DNA of 50,331 nt from Octopus bimaculoides (Eukaryota), in assembly GCF_001194135.2 (NCBI RefSeq), contig NC_068984.1, positions 85,950,149 to 86,000,479 on the forward strand, read 5' to 3'. The position numbers were made by a program, and so were the translations under genes. Positions 25,701 through 35,238 of the stretch are shown here, one piece after another. Below the pieces are notes generated by a model. The model did not search any database and was not told the DNA's origin. It was given only the letters and a program-made list of their open reading frames with translations. Positions within the stretch are counted from its first letter, which is position 1; each line of letters begins with the position of its first letter.

Positions 25701-28700
25701 AGAAAGAAGAAGGTATGAGGGGGACTAATACTGTTAGTAAACTTAGTGTGAAATAGGCTTTTTTGAGTGCATGCAATGTATTTGGCTGCTATTTCTAGCA
25801 TTCCCTGCAACTATGTAACAGCTATTTGTGATAAAGGACCTGAAATACCAGTTATGTGGTAGTAGGGCATGCAAAAAATAGCGGCCGAATCTTTCCTTTT
25901 CTGGGGAAAGGAGCCATATACATGTGATTTTGATGGTAATCACAGTCCAAGCCATATTTTACATTGCTTGGAGTTTCTACCAATCGCAATGGAGCCCAGC
26001 AATTTCCTTAAATAAATCAGTTTTTCTCCACTTAAGAAGTCTAGCTTGTGTTGGCATCCAGGAAGCTATTGCCCGTTAGGTCAATGAAATTCATCACAGC
26101 CGACATTGCTCCTACCAGGTCTCACTGCACTTAATGCTGACAACAACATAATTCATTCTTGTGCATGTAAACTCACTAAGTGAATATGACTTAGTGTTCT
26201 TACAGAAACCTTCATTTACCCTATACGATGTTTAATATCGTTGCACATTCATGTTGAATTATGCAGCCATCTTATCTTCACTTCATAGAACACTTGTAAT
26301 GTATGTATCACCAGTTCTTTTGGTATAGTAGATTTTTGTTATTCTTGTTTATGTCACCTCACAGACAGGTATATTCTAGCAAGTCGCTTCTTAAATTTTG
26401 CACCTCTCTTATTCAATAAACACCGAGTTAAACTTCCGAAGCTGTTTATTTTCTCCTTTCGATTTTTAATGTTTATTTTAGCGGGTTACCAGACTATCAG
26501 TTTGTTTTTGCAGCTAAAATGGTAATGACAAATTTTAAAGTTTGCTTGACATTTAATAAGTGTGAAAAAGTGCCACACCCTAGCGATTGAGGGAACCTGT
26601 GGAAGAGGTAGACCCAGGAAGACCTGGGATGAGGTGGTGACGCACGACCTTTGAACTTTAGGCCTCACCGAGGCAATGACTAGTGACCGATACCTTTGGA
26701 AATATGCAGTACGTGAGAAGACCCGACATGCCAAGTGAGAGCATAATCTGTGGCCTCTGCTAGAAGTGTAGCCAGCTCACTTATTCGTATCTTTACTTCA
26801 TTGGGCACTAAACTCTGCTTGCGAAGACCTGTTGAGGCAAGTGAACTTGAAATCGAAATCGAACCAAATTCGATGACTGGCACTTGTGCCAGTGGAACAC
26901 TAACAGCCCCGTCCGAGCGTGATGACTGCCAGAGCAGCTGTCTGGGTTCCGTGCTTGTGGCACATAAATAGCACCAATTGAACGTGATCGTTACCAGCGT
27001 CGCCTTACTGGCACTTGTGCCAGCGGCACGTTTAGAAAATTATTTGAGCTATGTCGTTGCCAGTGCCACTGGACTGGCTCCTGTGCAGATGGTATGTAAA
27101 AAACGCCATTTTGAGCGTGGCCATTGCCAGTACTGCGTGACTGGCTCCTGTGCCGGTGGCACGTAAAACCACCCACTACACTCTCGGAGTGGTTGGTGTT
27201 AGGAAGGGCATCCAGCTGTAGAAACTCTGCCAGATCAGATTGGAGCCTGGTGCAGCCATCCGGTTCACCAGTACTCAGTCAAATCGTCCAACCCATGCTA
27301 GCATGGAAAGCAGACGTTAAATGATGATGATGCTATATATATAATATGAGATATACTGTATTTTTCTCTTCCTCAGGCTGTTACATCAGCAAATGTTCTT
27401 ACATTCGTCAAGGTGAAAAGGGTCTGGATTACTTCTACAAACCATGGAACTTGGTGGAATATTGCCGCTTTGTTCGATTCTTTCTAAATGGTAAGTACAT
27501 TGACTGCTTCAACACCTCCTCAGCTCTGGTATCTACTGAACATGTTTGGAAACCCATATTTTTCACTGATTATAGAATATATAGATTGGTTATATTATAA
27601 TCTAGTTTTACAAATGCTCTTTAATGTGATGTGATGGTAATATGATTCTTTGCTCTATTTTCCCCCAACACCAACAAATTTTTGCTTTCATTTCAATGAA
27701 TGACTAAAAGATCAAACTGTATGTTAATACATTGCCATTAAACCATAGTCTAGGAAGCTTGGAAAAGTCTAGGAGTCCAGGCTTAAGCACTCGTGCTGGT
27801 ACCTCATAGACAGCCCCTGTGCTAATGCTATGTAAAAAGCACCTGTGCCATTGTCACATAAAAAGCATCCAGCTATAGAAACCAACCCAAAACAACTGGA
27901 ACCTGGTGCAAGTCTCCAGCTTGCCAGCTCTAGCCAAACCGCCCAACCCATACCAATACAGAAAACAGACGTTAAATGATGATGATTCTAAGAGACAAGT
28001 TTGTTTTGATTAACTTCAAAACTAGGATTTTTAGATGTATATATGAATTATTGAAGTAGGTGAGCCCTCTTATTAACCCTTATTTCATGGACTAATGAAA
28101 ATATTTTGTAGATATTGTTGTTTATTTTCTCTCTCTTCTCTTAGATCAACTGTAATGTATTCAATATTTACCTTATATTGAAGTTTCTTATCTACAGGGG
28201 ATATTGTGATGATGTCCAGTCCTGAAGAACCAGCTGTCTGTATCACAAAGCTGAGTACAAAATTCAAGAGTGCCAGCATGCTTTGTGGTTACTACAGGAT
28301 CTCCGGAAGCACTGTGAGTACATCATAATCCTTTTTCTTTGCTAACAGTCATTAATAATAACATTGTGGAAAACTTTGACTAAGTTTGTTTTTCACTATA
28401 TGTCCAGAGATTGTCATTAGTGATTATTTTTTTAATTCCTCTAGATCTATTAAATTCTAAGTTTTATTTATTAGGACTAGAAGAGTGCTTTCCCTTGGGT
28501 GAGCCAGAGGGAGTTTACATAGAAACTTTGAAATATCTATTTGATTCTAAATTAACTTGAAAATTTTCATCTTAGCTTGACGCCCTCGACTGTTCTGTCA
28601 ATAAATACCAGTAATGTTTCACTTGGAGTAATTTTCCAAAATTTCTCTTCTATTTATGTTTGGTCAATACACACTGGCTATGCTTTGTTAGGCAACCTCT

Positions 28701-29809
28701 GCATGGTCATTATCTGTTAGAAATAGTAGCCAAATCTCCTTTGTATCACACCATATACCATTTTTGAAAAAGGGAAAAACACATTAGATAATGTAGTCCT
28801 AAATGCATTATACTTGAAAAACGACAGTTTGGTCACAGTTGAAATAGTTTTAACCGTAGGTCTACTCTGCCTGAGTTGACCTCAAGTTAAACAATAAACA
28901 AAATGCTATCTTTGAGATAATATGTAACAACTTTGTTATTCATTTCTTCAATTCAAGTTTCAAATTCTGTCTTCACTTGTTCAGTTACAATGATGTTGAT
29001 TTACTAATACAAAGACCATCAACATTGCTGTTAGCATCTTTCTTTCAAATATTTCCTACACAACATACAGCATTCTACTTGTGTCAAGTAACCAAGCAAG
29101 TTTATTTATGATCAAAGGTTTTTCAGCCATAACCATCCTGTCTTTTTATAATGTTAAAACTACATTCCTTGTGTGTTCTTTCCTTTTTTTAAGATGATAG
29201 GGTGTGATTTGAAGATTTGGTTGCTATTTCTAGCAAGTTGAGCAACCTTGTAGAGATTCCCACTTACAGTCTTTTTACCACTTATTACTTTACTATAAAA
29301 TATAAACGGAAGTTTTTTGCTCTTTCATTCTGACATGCAGAGTCATTCTATCTTATACTCAAACTATTCTGCCAATTCATCACGGTTATAATATTTTGTA
29401 ATTGTTGCTCTCTTCCTGCAGATTACTGCCTATTTAACCCGTACCAAGCCGAATGAGTACTCTAACCAGTACAGTCGACGTAATAAGCGTAACAGGCCAA
29501 ATGAGAACGATGACCCTGAGCACACATTTAATGTGGTAGGTGCTTCTTTCTTTCTTTCTTCCTTCCTTTATTTATTTATTTATTGATATTGCTGTTGGTA
29601 AACATTAGTATTCTTGGATACAGATTTTCACTGAATCAGAACTGATATATTGCATTCAGAGAGTGAGAGTGAGAAGGGAGTATCTGTAACTCAAGCAAAA
29701 CAAATATCTCAAGAGACTTTTTTGTAAAGTACCAGTATTTTGAGTTTTTTGCCAATAATTATATTCTTTGCTGACTGGTACAAACATAAGAGATATGTGT
29801 GTGTGTGTG

Positions 29810-29878
<69 letters not shown>

Positions 29879-32800
29879 TATACATACACACACATGCATG
29901 TGTATATGTATATATATGTTTGTGTGTATGTGTCTGTATGATTATCATCATCTTCGTTTAACATTTGCCTTCCATGCTGGCATGGGTTGGACTATATATA
30001 ATTATTTCACATTTATGTTCCCTGCTGGAAAAAATACTAAAAATTAAAACTACCTGGGCAAGCAAGGGACATGGTTTGTTGCTGCAATGACTCTTGATTC
30101 CTACAGATCCTGTCACTACATGAAAAACCATCTCTGAATGTTTGGCAACACATGCAACACCCCCAGAACATTACTACGACATCCTAAAAACACTATTTCC
30201 CACTCAGTCTAGGAATGCAACGACCATATACACATTAGCAACATTCATAGTATCACAAAGATGAACCCCAGCAGCAATAAGTGCAGAGGAACGGCTACTG
30301 TCATGCTCTGCCTAAGTCTACCTTGCTCACCTCCACTATGGCCACCACCAGAATGTCCAGGTTTATTAGAAATAGATTGGACATTACATCATCATCATCA
30401 TCATCATCATTTAACGTCTGCTTTCCATGCTAGCATGGGTTGGACGATTTGACTGAGGACTGGTGAACCAGATGGCTACACCAGGCTCCAATCTGATTTG
30501 GCAAAGTTTCTACAGCTGGATGCTCTTCCTAACGCCAACCACTCAGAGAGTGTAGTGGGTGCTTTTACGTGCCACCGGCACGAAGGCCAGTCAGGCGGAA
30601 CTGACAACAGCCACGCTCAAAATGGTGTATTTTACATGCCACCTGCACAGGAGCCAGTCAGGGGGCACTGGCAACGATCTCGCTCGAATGTCTTTACACG
30701 TGCCACTGGCACAAGTGCCAGGAAGGCAACATATAAATATGTTGACTGTCATACTGCGTCCATTACAATTCATTACCTTATGTTAGAATGTGCAGTATGG
30801 TCCTCGGCTCAATAGAGACATGAAATAACTGAGATTAATTTGTGAGTTGTGTTTAGTTGTTCAGTAAACCAGCTGTGTACCACAAGACTGATGGGTCTAG
30901 GCAGATCTAAAGAATCCATTACGACACAATGTCATGTCATGCCTGTATCATAATACATAATACATCATGTGCTTCAGATCAATGTGGGAGCCTCTACACA
31001 GTCATTCAACAAACTAGAAATAGCTCTCTTCAATCACACAATCCAATAGGTCTTCAAGAAAAGACCTGTTGGATTGTGTAGTCACAACTGTCCAAGAAGA
31101 CAGGATGATTATAGCTGAAACACTTTGGTCAGAGATGACCTTGGGCTAAACAACACATTACAAGCCAACAATGGAGCTTTTACATGTCACTCAACTCATC
31201 AGAAATAGTCAGTTGTAGCTTTCTCAAATTACACCCAACTGTCTTAAAAAGGAGTTTTCTTTTTTACCATTTAGTCATAGAGAAAAGGACAGCAACCATT
31301 ACTTATACTTTTTTTCAGGGCCTTTGAGACTAGTATAAGGAAAGGAGAAAGTTGTCCTCAAATCAGAGATCTGACCCAAATACTTACAACAGAGTGAATA
31401 TTACTAATGGCATCGAAGGGTATGGTGGCAGTGTTAAATCAGGCGATAGATTAAATCCACTGCCAAGAAATGAGAACACAAAAAAGGAGAACAAAGACTT
31501 CTAGGCAACTTTTCTGATGCTCTAATAATTTGATTGACAAAAACTGTACAGAAACTTGTCATATATGTGTATGTCATCATAATAATTTATCTGTAAGTTA
31601 GACCTGATCATACAGACTTATTAAAGGTATTTCAATCATTACCATCATATCTTTCCAAACAATATACTTAGGACTACATTAATCAATGTGTCTTTTATTC
31701 TGTAAAACAATAGGATCTTATTTGAGGAAGGTTTGGCTGCTATTTTTAGTATGTAGAGGCTCTGTCATTGGTTTGTGTCTCTGATTGTATATGCCTGTGT
31801 AAATGGCATGCCACAGAATATCCCTTTCTACCAAAAGTTACTAAGCTGTTTGATAGAGATTGATAAGTATGTGACTAAAATAACTGACTGTGTCAAAATG
31901 AGCAATAATAATAAATAAATAAAAAGGCCTTTGAAAATGGTGCCACTGCATGACTGCAGTCCAATGACTATAACTTGTAAAATTGTATAAAAATAAAAAC
32001 ATGACTAACAACCAGATTGCCATCAAATTACATCCTAGATGTTAAATAATGTCATGGGTGTTGTGCATCCAATTTGTTGCATCCTTTTTGGACAATGGTC
32101 CTCACCGAGGAAACTTCAAGGGACCAGGAGATTTGGTGATTTACTGTACTTGATAAGATACATCAAGCTAAGTAAAATTGCTGTCTTCCACACATACAGG
32201 CTTGTCCTTTCAGGTGCCGTTGTCACATAAAGTATACCCATGCCAGTGCTGTGAAAATGCACCCATGCCAGTGGCACGTAAAAAGCACCCAGCACACTGT
32301 TAAGTGGTTGGCATCCAGCTGTAGAAACCATGTCACAACAGACAATTAGAGTCTGGCTCCATGTCAAACCACCCAACCCATGCCAGCATGGATAGTGGAT
32401 GTTAAATGATGATGATGATAGTGTAATTTGAGTAAAATTTGTGGGCTATTTCTTGCCAGCTGAGCTACTATGTAGAGATTCTCTCATTAGATCATTTATA
32501 TTGTATTTGTATACAATAACAATAAACTAATTTAATATTCCTTGTTCTTTCATTACAGGAGTTTGGGTTACAGTCAGCTGGGCGGCGTAAATTTGCAAAA
32601 CTGATATGGCGCCATTATTCTTTGCATACATTCTACAAGTAAGTACTTTAGTTTAGGCATATAATTGAACAGTTCTGCTGGGGAAGTGATGTTCCATAGC
32701 TATTGCTGTTTTGCTCCAATTCTGCTCTATAAAGCACACCTATAATCACATAGACATTACGCATCCAGTAGATCATACTAGCTTCATTTCTTTCAAGCCT

Positions 32801-35238
32801 AGGTATGTCCTCAACAGTCACGGTCCATGTTTCACTGCTGTGTAGCATGGCTGTTCACACACATGCATCATACAGTCTACCTTTCCCTCTGAGTGAGAGG
32901 TCCTTTGGTAGGAGCTTTCTGAACTTTGCCCAGGCTATTCTTATTCTAGTGGCAATGCTCTCAGAGCATCCACCACCCCCACTACAGACTTGATTACCTC
33001 GGTAGCAGAAGCTATCAACTACTTTTAGTTTCTCCCCTTGGCATGTTTATTGCCCCTGTACATTTGCCAGACAAAAAAACTATCATCCCAGTTAGCCTTC
33101 TTTAGTATTACTGCACCTCTTATGTGTCCATAGCTTATACCAGGTACATCTTACGGAGTTTCTACCTACACCTTTTCTACAGATCGAGCAGGGCTATCTA
33201 CCTGAAGGGGTTTGTGATTTGTCCGCCTTCCTAATTACTCGGACTTTGGTTTTTGCTACACTGACTCTAAGGCCCTTTGATTCTAGACCTTGGTACCGCA
33301 CCTGAAATTTCTTCTCTACTTCTGCTAGTGATTCAGCTATGAGAGCCAGGTCATCAGCATAGAGGAGCTTCCAGGGGCAGCCTGTCTTGAATTCCTCTGT
33401 TATTGTCTGGAGGACTGCGATAATTAGGAGGGGACAAAGGACTGAACCTTGGTGAACCCCTACTTCTACCCGGAATTCTTCACTATACTCATTGCCAACC
33501 CTCACCTTACTGACAGCATCCCTGTACTGGGCCTATACCAATCGTCTATCCCTAGTTTCTGCACTATAAGGTGGTTTGTCTTTTGTCATTTCTCTACCAA
33601 CAAATTGTCTGGTAGCACTGTGCTTTCAAGGATGAATGAAGTAAAAACTCTCTTACCTGAAAAACTAGTAAGGACTAGCTGCAATGGGTGGGGAATCTAA
33701 CTGTAAATTAATGTCTCAACAATTTGGTTTTGTTTAGCTCCTACTAGCATAAAAAAAAAAACATGTAAAACAAATGAACAATATATGTGCCACCTGACTG
33801 GCACCCTGTGTTGGCAGCACAAAAAGCACCATCTGAACATGGTCAATGCCAGTGCCCCCTGACTGGCTCCAATGCTGGTACCATGTAAAAAGCACCAGCC
33901 GAATGTGATCGATGCCAGCTCCGCCTGACTGGCTCCCATGCTGGTGGCACGTAAAAAGCACCCACTACACTTTCAGAGTGGTTGGCGTTAGGAAGAGCAT
34001 CCAACTGTAGAAACCTTACCAGATCAGATTGGAGTCTGGCGCAGTCTATTGGCTTGCTAGTCCTCAGTCAAACTGTCCAACCCATGCTAGCATGGAAAAC
34101 GATGATGATGATATGTATATACATACATAAATATCGAACAAGAATGAGTGCTCAACATCGCATTGGTGGATAAAGATTCTCTTTTATGTTTTAAAGGTAC
34201 AATTGGTTTCGTGTTAAATATCTCAACAATTCAAGTTGATCACATAGAAAAATTGGTGTTTGTCTCCATTTTTGATTATTTGTTTAGCAACAGTTCAGCC
34301 CAAGTTGAACCAAAATTCATGATCAAAGGCATTGTTCTGGTTATTTATAATGTCCTTCTGTTTTACAAGACATTAGGGTGCAATCTGAGGGAGATTTAGC
34401 AACTACTTTTATGTTAAGTAATGATTTAGAGGTTCTGTTAACATTTGGTGGTGGTGATTTGAACATTTCTCCAATGATTTTTGCTATTGATAGTTCTCAT
34501 GTATATTAGTAGAACACCACTGAGACTAAGTATTTCAGGGCCATTTTTTTGAGTGATGGGAAGCCGGAGGCTAGATCAGATGCTAGAATTGCAGTTGCTG
34601 GTACAGAAATGTGCCAGTTTTAGCATTCAGTCCTAAAGGAGAGGTTGGTAAGAAAATTTCAATTTGGTTTTCTTGCCTTTCCTCACTTCTGGTCATGAAT
34701 GTTGGGTAATGACTAAAAGAGTATGATCACAAATACAAGTGGACAAAACGGGATTCCTCTGGAGGATCTCTAGAAGAAATTTACTCAAATGTATGTGTAG
34801 CTCAGAGATCAAGGAGTCTCCCCAGGTCAAGCCACTTGTTCTCCAGATTGAGAGGTTACATCTCTGATACAATGGCCTTGTGATTAAATTGTCTCAGAAA
34901 AGAAATCCAGTGAGTAGACCAAGAATGAGATGGCTAGATAATGTCCATAGTCTCAATTGGTCATGCTTGGGAATCCATCTAGAAAGTCTAATGACACTTG
35001 CTTCTTATAGAGTCCTATAGAGGAAGTGCCTGAGGATTCTACCTCCAAAAACCCTCCCAGAGAAGATGGATGGATGGATATTTCTTGTATGATTTGCATT
35101 TTTTTTTCTCTTTTTTTTTCCAGATCCAGTAATAGAGAAACAGTTACAGATTTTGACCTTAATGAGCAGAATTACCCTCCGCTGTATTTCTCACGAGTGA
35201 AAAGCTACAGCACCTATGCCGTAAAACCTCTCCAGTGA
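2592..35238 (+). CDS. FBXO9: F-box only protein 9 (SCF substrate adaptor), 14 coding exons, 456 aa
   Basis: Manually spliced exons 2592-2594, 10537-10836, 12119-12176, 14935-15018, 16030-16063, 20178-20277, 20707-20808, 22357-22418, 24476-24564, 27377-27490, 28198-28313, 29422-29535, 32559-32638, 35124-35238. All introns are GT-AG and phases are consistent (1371 nt). Motifs match FBXO9 as I recall it: [26 protein letters not shown]-box [54 protein letters not shown]-terminal [12 protein letters not shown]. Confidence 0.95.
3225..3490. repeat. Unclassified short interspersed repeat
   Basis: GATCATAGGTCTGC..GACCTGGGGCTAAACAAC and GCTATTTCTAGCAG motifs; other copies near 1855, 7020, 11650, 28700, 29090, 31000, 40090, 44560 and 46130 in both orientations. 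Confidence 0.6.
3917..4008. mobile_element. Small TIR element with a (TAACCC)-like core
   Basis: 20-bp IR GGTAAAGAATATGCACACCA (3923-3942) / TGGTGTGCGTATTCTTTACC (3983-4002), one mismatch. Confidence 0.6.
4435..4560. mobile_element. hAT-like MITE fragment (second copy at about 5928-6060)
   Basis: Shared CGAGAAGCG...GCATG..ACA...CTCATCATC...GTGGCATT core in both copies. Confidence 0.5.
4768..5137. other. Assembly gap (370 N)
   Basis: N run. Confidence 1.
6425..6996. other. Assembly gap (572 N) flanked by (TA)n
   Basis: N run. Confidence 1.
7630..8002 (-). mobile_element. Full-length SINE family A
   Basis: Reverse complement of the 1-684 element; 11-bp TSD ACTACTACATT (7619-7629, 8003-8013). 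Confidence 0.92.
8157..8562 (+). mobile_element. tRNA-headed SINE family C with internal (GT/AT)n
   Basis: TGGCTGTATGG A box, TTCAGTCCC B box, CCCCAGCATGGCCACAGTC 3' part. Confidence 0.82.
9215..9553. mobile_element. hAT-type MITE
   Basis: TIRs CAGGGATTCTCAAC / GTTGAGAACTACTG; degenerate 8-bp TSD AGTTAAAT/GGTTAGAT. Confidence 0.75.
9479..9488. other. Assembly gap (10 N) next to poly-C
   Basis: N run. Confidence 1.
10537..10836 (+). CDS. FBXO9: FBXO9 exon 2 (acidic N-terminus, [12 protein letters not shown])
   Basis: ttacag|GAA acceptor, AAA|gtaagt donor; 100 open codons. Confidence 0.92.
11706..11926. mobile_element. piggyBac-type MITE
   Basis: TTAA TSDs; TCCTTTAGCATTCA / TGAAGGCTAAAAGG TIRs. 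Confidence 0.72.
12119..12176 (+). CDS. FBXO9: FBXO9 exon 3 ([22 protein letters not shown]-like)
   Basis: ttttacag|GCT acceptor, G|gtaagt donor. Confidence 0.92.
12465..12618 (-). mobile_element. Decayed RTE 3'UTR-end copy
   Basis: GGCTGGATGCCCTTCCTAATGCCAACCAC motif shared with the other copies. Confidence 0.65.
14278..14541 (+). mobile_element. tRNA-headed SINE family B with (ATT)n tail
   Basis: GCTGGCAGAATCGTTAGC head, GTTCAAATT B box, GATAAATTAAGTACCAG body. More decayed copies lie near 13340, 14090, 14570, 16620, 21880, 23300(-), 39500 and 44250. Confidence 0.85.
14935..15018 (+). CDS. FBXO9: FBXO9 exon 4 ([19 protein letters not shown])
   Basis: ttcttag| acceptor, AG|gtaaga donor; phase 1 to 1. 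Confidence 0.93.
15306..15580 (+). mobile_element. tRNA-headed SINE (family E head)
   Basis: GTGGCCGAGTGGTTAGG A box, GGTTTGATTCCC B box; head shared with the 43900 and 7405 copies. Confidence 0.7.
16030..16063 (+). CDS. FBXO9: FBXO9 exon 5 (34-nt linker exon, [11 protein letters not shown])
   Basis: tctttacag| acceptor, AA|gtaagt donor; supplies the phase 1 to 2 shift needed to join exon 4 to exon 6. Confidence 0.75.
16274..16378 (+). pseudogene. U6: Full-length U6 snRNA retrocopy
   Basis: Contains the 5' stem GTATTGC/GCAATAC, the ACAGAGA box, GATTAGCATGGCCCCTGC and a 3' T4. All six conserved-core CpGs are mutated to TpG/CpA, and a microsatellite sits upstream in place of a PSE/TATA promoter. 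Confidence 0.93.
16381..16616 (+). mobile_element. Full-length SINE family B abutting the U6 copy
   Basis: Same head, body and (ATT)n tail as the 14278 copy; starts 2 nt after the U6 T4. Confidence 0.88.
16967..17343 (+). mobile_element. Helentron-type non-autonomous element, 3' end cut off
   Basis: 5' TATTACCTCCATCAAGG; inverted subterminal GGTGGAGGT at 17332-17340. Confidence 0.65.
17344..17820 (+). mobile_element. CR1/L2-group LINE 3' fragment
   Basis: [38 protein letters not shown]. Confidence 0.75.
17925..18140 (+). mobile_element. SINE family C, 3' half
   Basis: Matches the 3' half of the 8157 and 24755 copies. Confidence 0.8.
18170..18770 (+). mobile_element. Helentron-type element 3' end with GT-rich (GTG/GAT/GTA)n array
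   Basis: GCGGAGGTCT subTIR, GCGCTC-TCC-GAGTGC hairpin, TTTTCTAGT terminus; the 5' limit is uncertain. Confidence 0.6.
19050..19800 (-). mobile_element. Highly decayed LINE RT C-terminal fragment
   Basis: Scattered motifs [24 protein letters not shown]. Confidence 0.35.
20178..20277 (+). CDS. FBXO9: FBXO9 exon 6
   Basis: attctag| acceptor, AGA|gtatga donor; encodes [20 protein letters not shown]...CSPASEQR. Confidence 0.85.
20707..20808 (+). CDS. FBXO9: FBXO9 exon 7 (F-box)
   Basis: atacag|GCT acceptor, CAG|gttagt donor; encodes [34 protein letters not shown]. Confidence 0.95.
21615..21838. mobile_element. piggyBac-type MITE
   Basis: TTAA flanks; CCTCTTCGTACC / GGTCACGAAGGGA imperfect TIRs. 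Confidence 0.6.
22357..22418 (+). CDS. FBXO9: FBXO9 exon 8
   Basis: ttccag|GTG acceptor, AG|gtttgt donor; encodes [20 protein letters not shown]. Confidence 0.95.
22699..22764. repeat. (CT)n microsatellite
   Basis: Directly visible. Confidence 0.95.
22790..23030 (-). mobile_element. RTE LINE 3' end
   Basis: - frame reads [19 protein letters not shown]...LEDAEGLAQ; followed by (GA)n. Confidence 0.65.
24476..24564 (+). CDS. FBXO9: FBXO9 exon 9
   Basis: ttttaag| acceptor, G|gtaaat donor; encodes [17 protein letters not shown]. Confidence 0.93.
24755..25133 (+). mobile_element. SINE family C
   Basis: Colinear with the 8157-8562 copy. Confidence 0.82.
26560..27332 (+). mobile_element. 5'-truncated RTE-clade LINE (ORF C-terminus, 3'UTR, (GAT)n tail)
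   Basis: + frame reads [32 protein letters not shown], an RTE C-terminal signature; about 590 nt of 3'UTR follow. Confidence 0.85.
27377..27490 (+). CDS. FBXO9: FBXO9 exon 10
   Basis: cctcag| acceptor, G|gtaagt donor; encodes [38 protein letters not shown]. Confidence 0.95.
27780..27986 (+). mobile_element. RTE 3'UTR-end copy
   Basis: Matches 27150-27332, with (GAT)n tail. Confidence 0.75.
28198..28313 (+). CDS. FBXO9: FBXO9 exon 11
   Basis: ctacag| acceptor, ACT|gtgagt donor; encodes [12 protein letters not shown]...[10 protein letters not shown]. Confidence 0.93.
29422..29535 (+). CDS. FBXO9: FBXO9 exon 12
   Basis: cctgcag|ATT acceptor, GTG|gtaggt donor; 38 open codons. Confidence 0.9.
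29795..29940. repeat. Compound (GT)n(TA)n(CA)n microsatellite
   Basis: Directly visible. Confidence 0.95.
30050..30386 (-). mobile_element. Possible LINE AP-endonuclease N-terminal relic
   Basis: [14 protein letters not shown] and CSGGVA across frameshifts. Confidence 0.4.
30387..30725 (-). mobile_element. RTE 3'UTR copy, inverted
   Basis: About 95% reverse-complement match to 27150-27332 by manual alignment. Confidence 0.88.
32230..32419 (+). mobile_element. RTE 3'UTR-end copy
   Basis: GGCACGTAAAAAGCACCC...GTTAAATGATGATG. Confidence 0.75.
32559..32638 (+). CDS. FBXO9: FBXO9 exon 13
   Basis: ttacag|GAG acceptor, AA|gtaagt donor; encodes [21 protein letters not shown]. Confidence 0.93.
32700..33560 (-). 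mobile_element. RTE LINE reverse-transcriptase fragment
   Basis: [17 protein letters not shown], a Cys/His-rich insert (PCSIC...HKRC...), then MLHSSETW...RLERNEASM; contains frameshifts and stops. Confidence 0.92.
33788..34112 (+). mobile_element. RTE 3'UTR copy
   Basis: Matches 27000-27332. Confidence 0.82.
34500..34960 (+). mobile_element. Old RTE LINE 3' ORF fragment
   Basis: [15 protein letters not shown]...PLVLQIER...RPRMRWLD across frameshifts. Confidence 0.65.
35124..35238 (+). CDS. FBXO9: FBXO9 exon 14 (terminal coding exon)
   Basis: Long T tract then ccag| acceptor; encodes [26 protein letters not shown]-rich 3'UTR follows, with candidate AATAAA at 36053 and 36353. Confidence 0.93.

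Noticed and set aside
25540-25720. Long purine tract (and the pyrimidine tract at 4010-4220) as a functional H-DNA element
   Set aside because: Consistent with decayed (GA/CT) microsatellites and shows no mirror symmetry.
26870-27160. CRISPR-like repeat-spacer pattern of ACTGGC/TGCCAG motifs
   Set aside because: Irregular, short motifs within a eukaryotic LINE 3'UTR; no cas genes.
29656-30047. YI/CV-repeat ORFs
   Set aside because: Translations of microsatellites.
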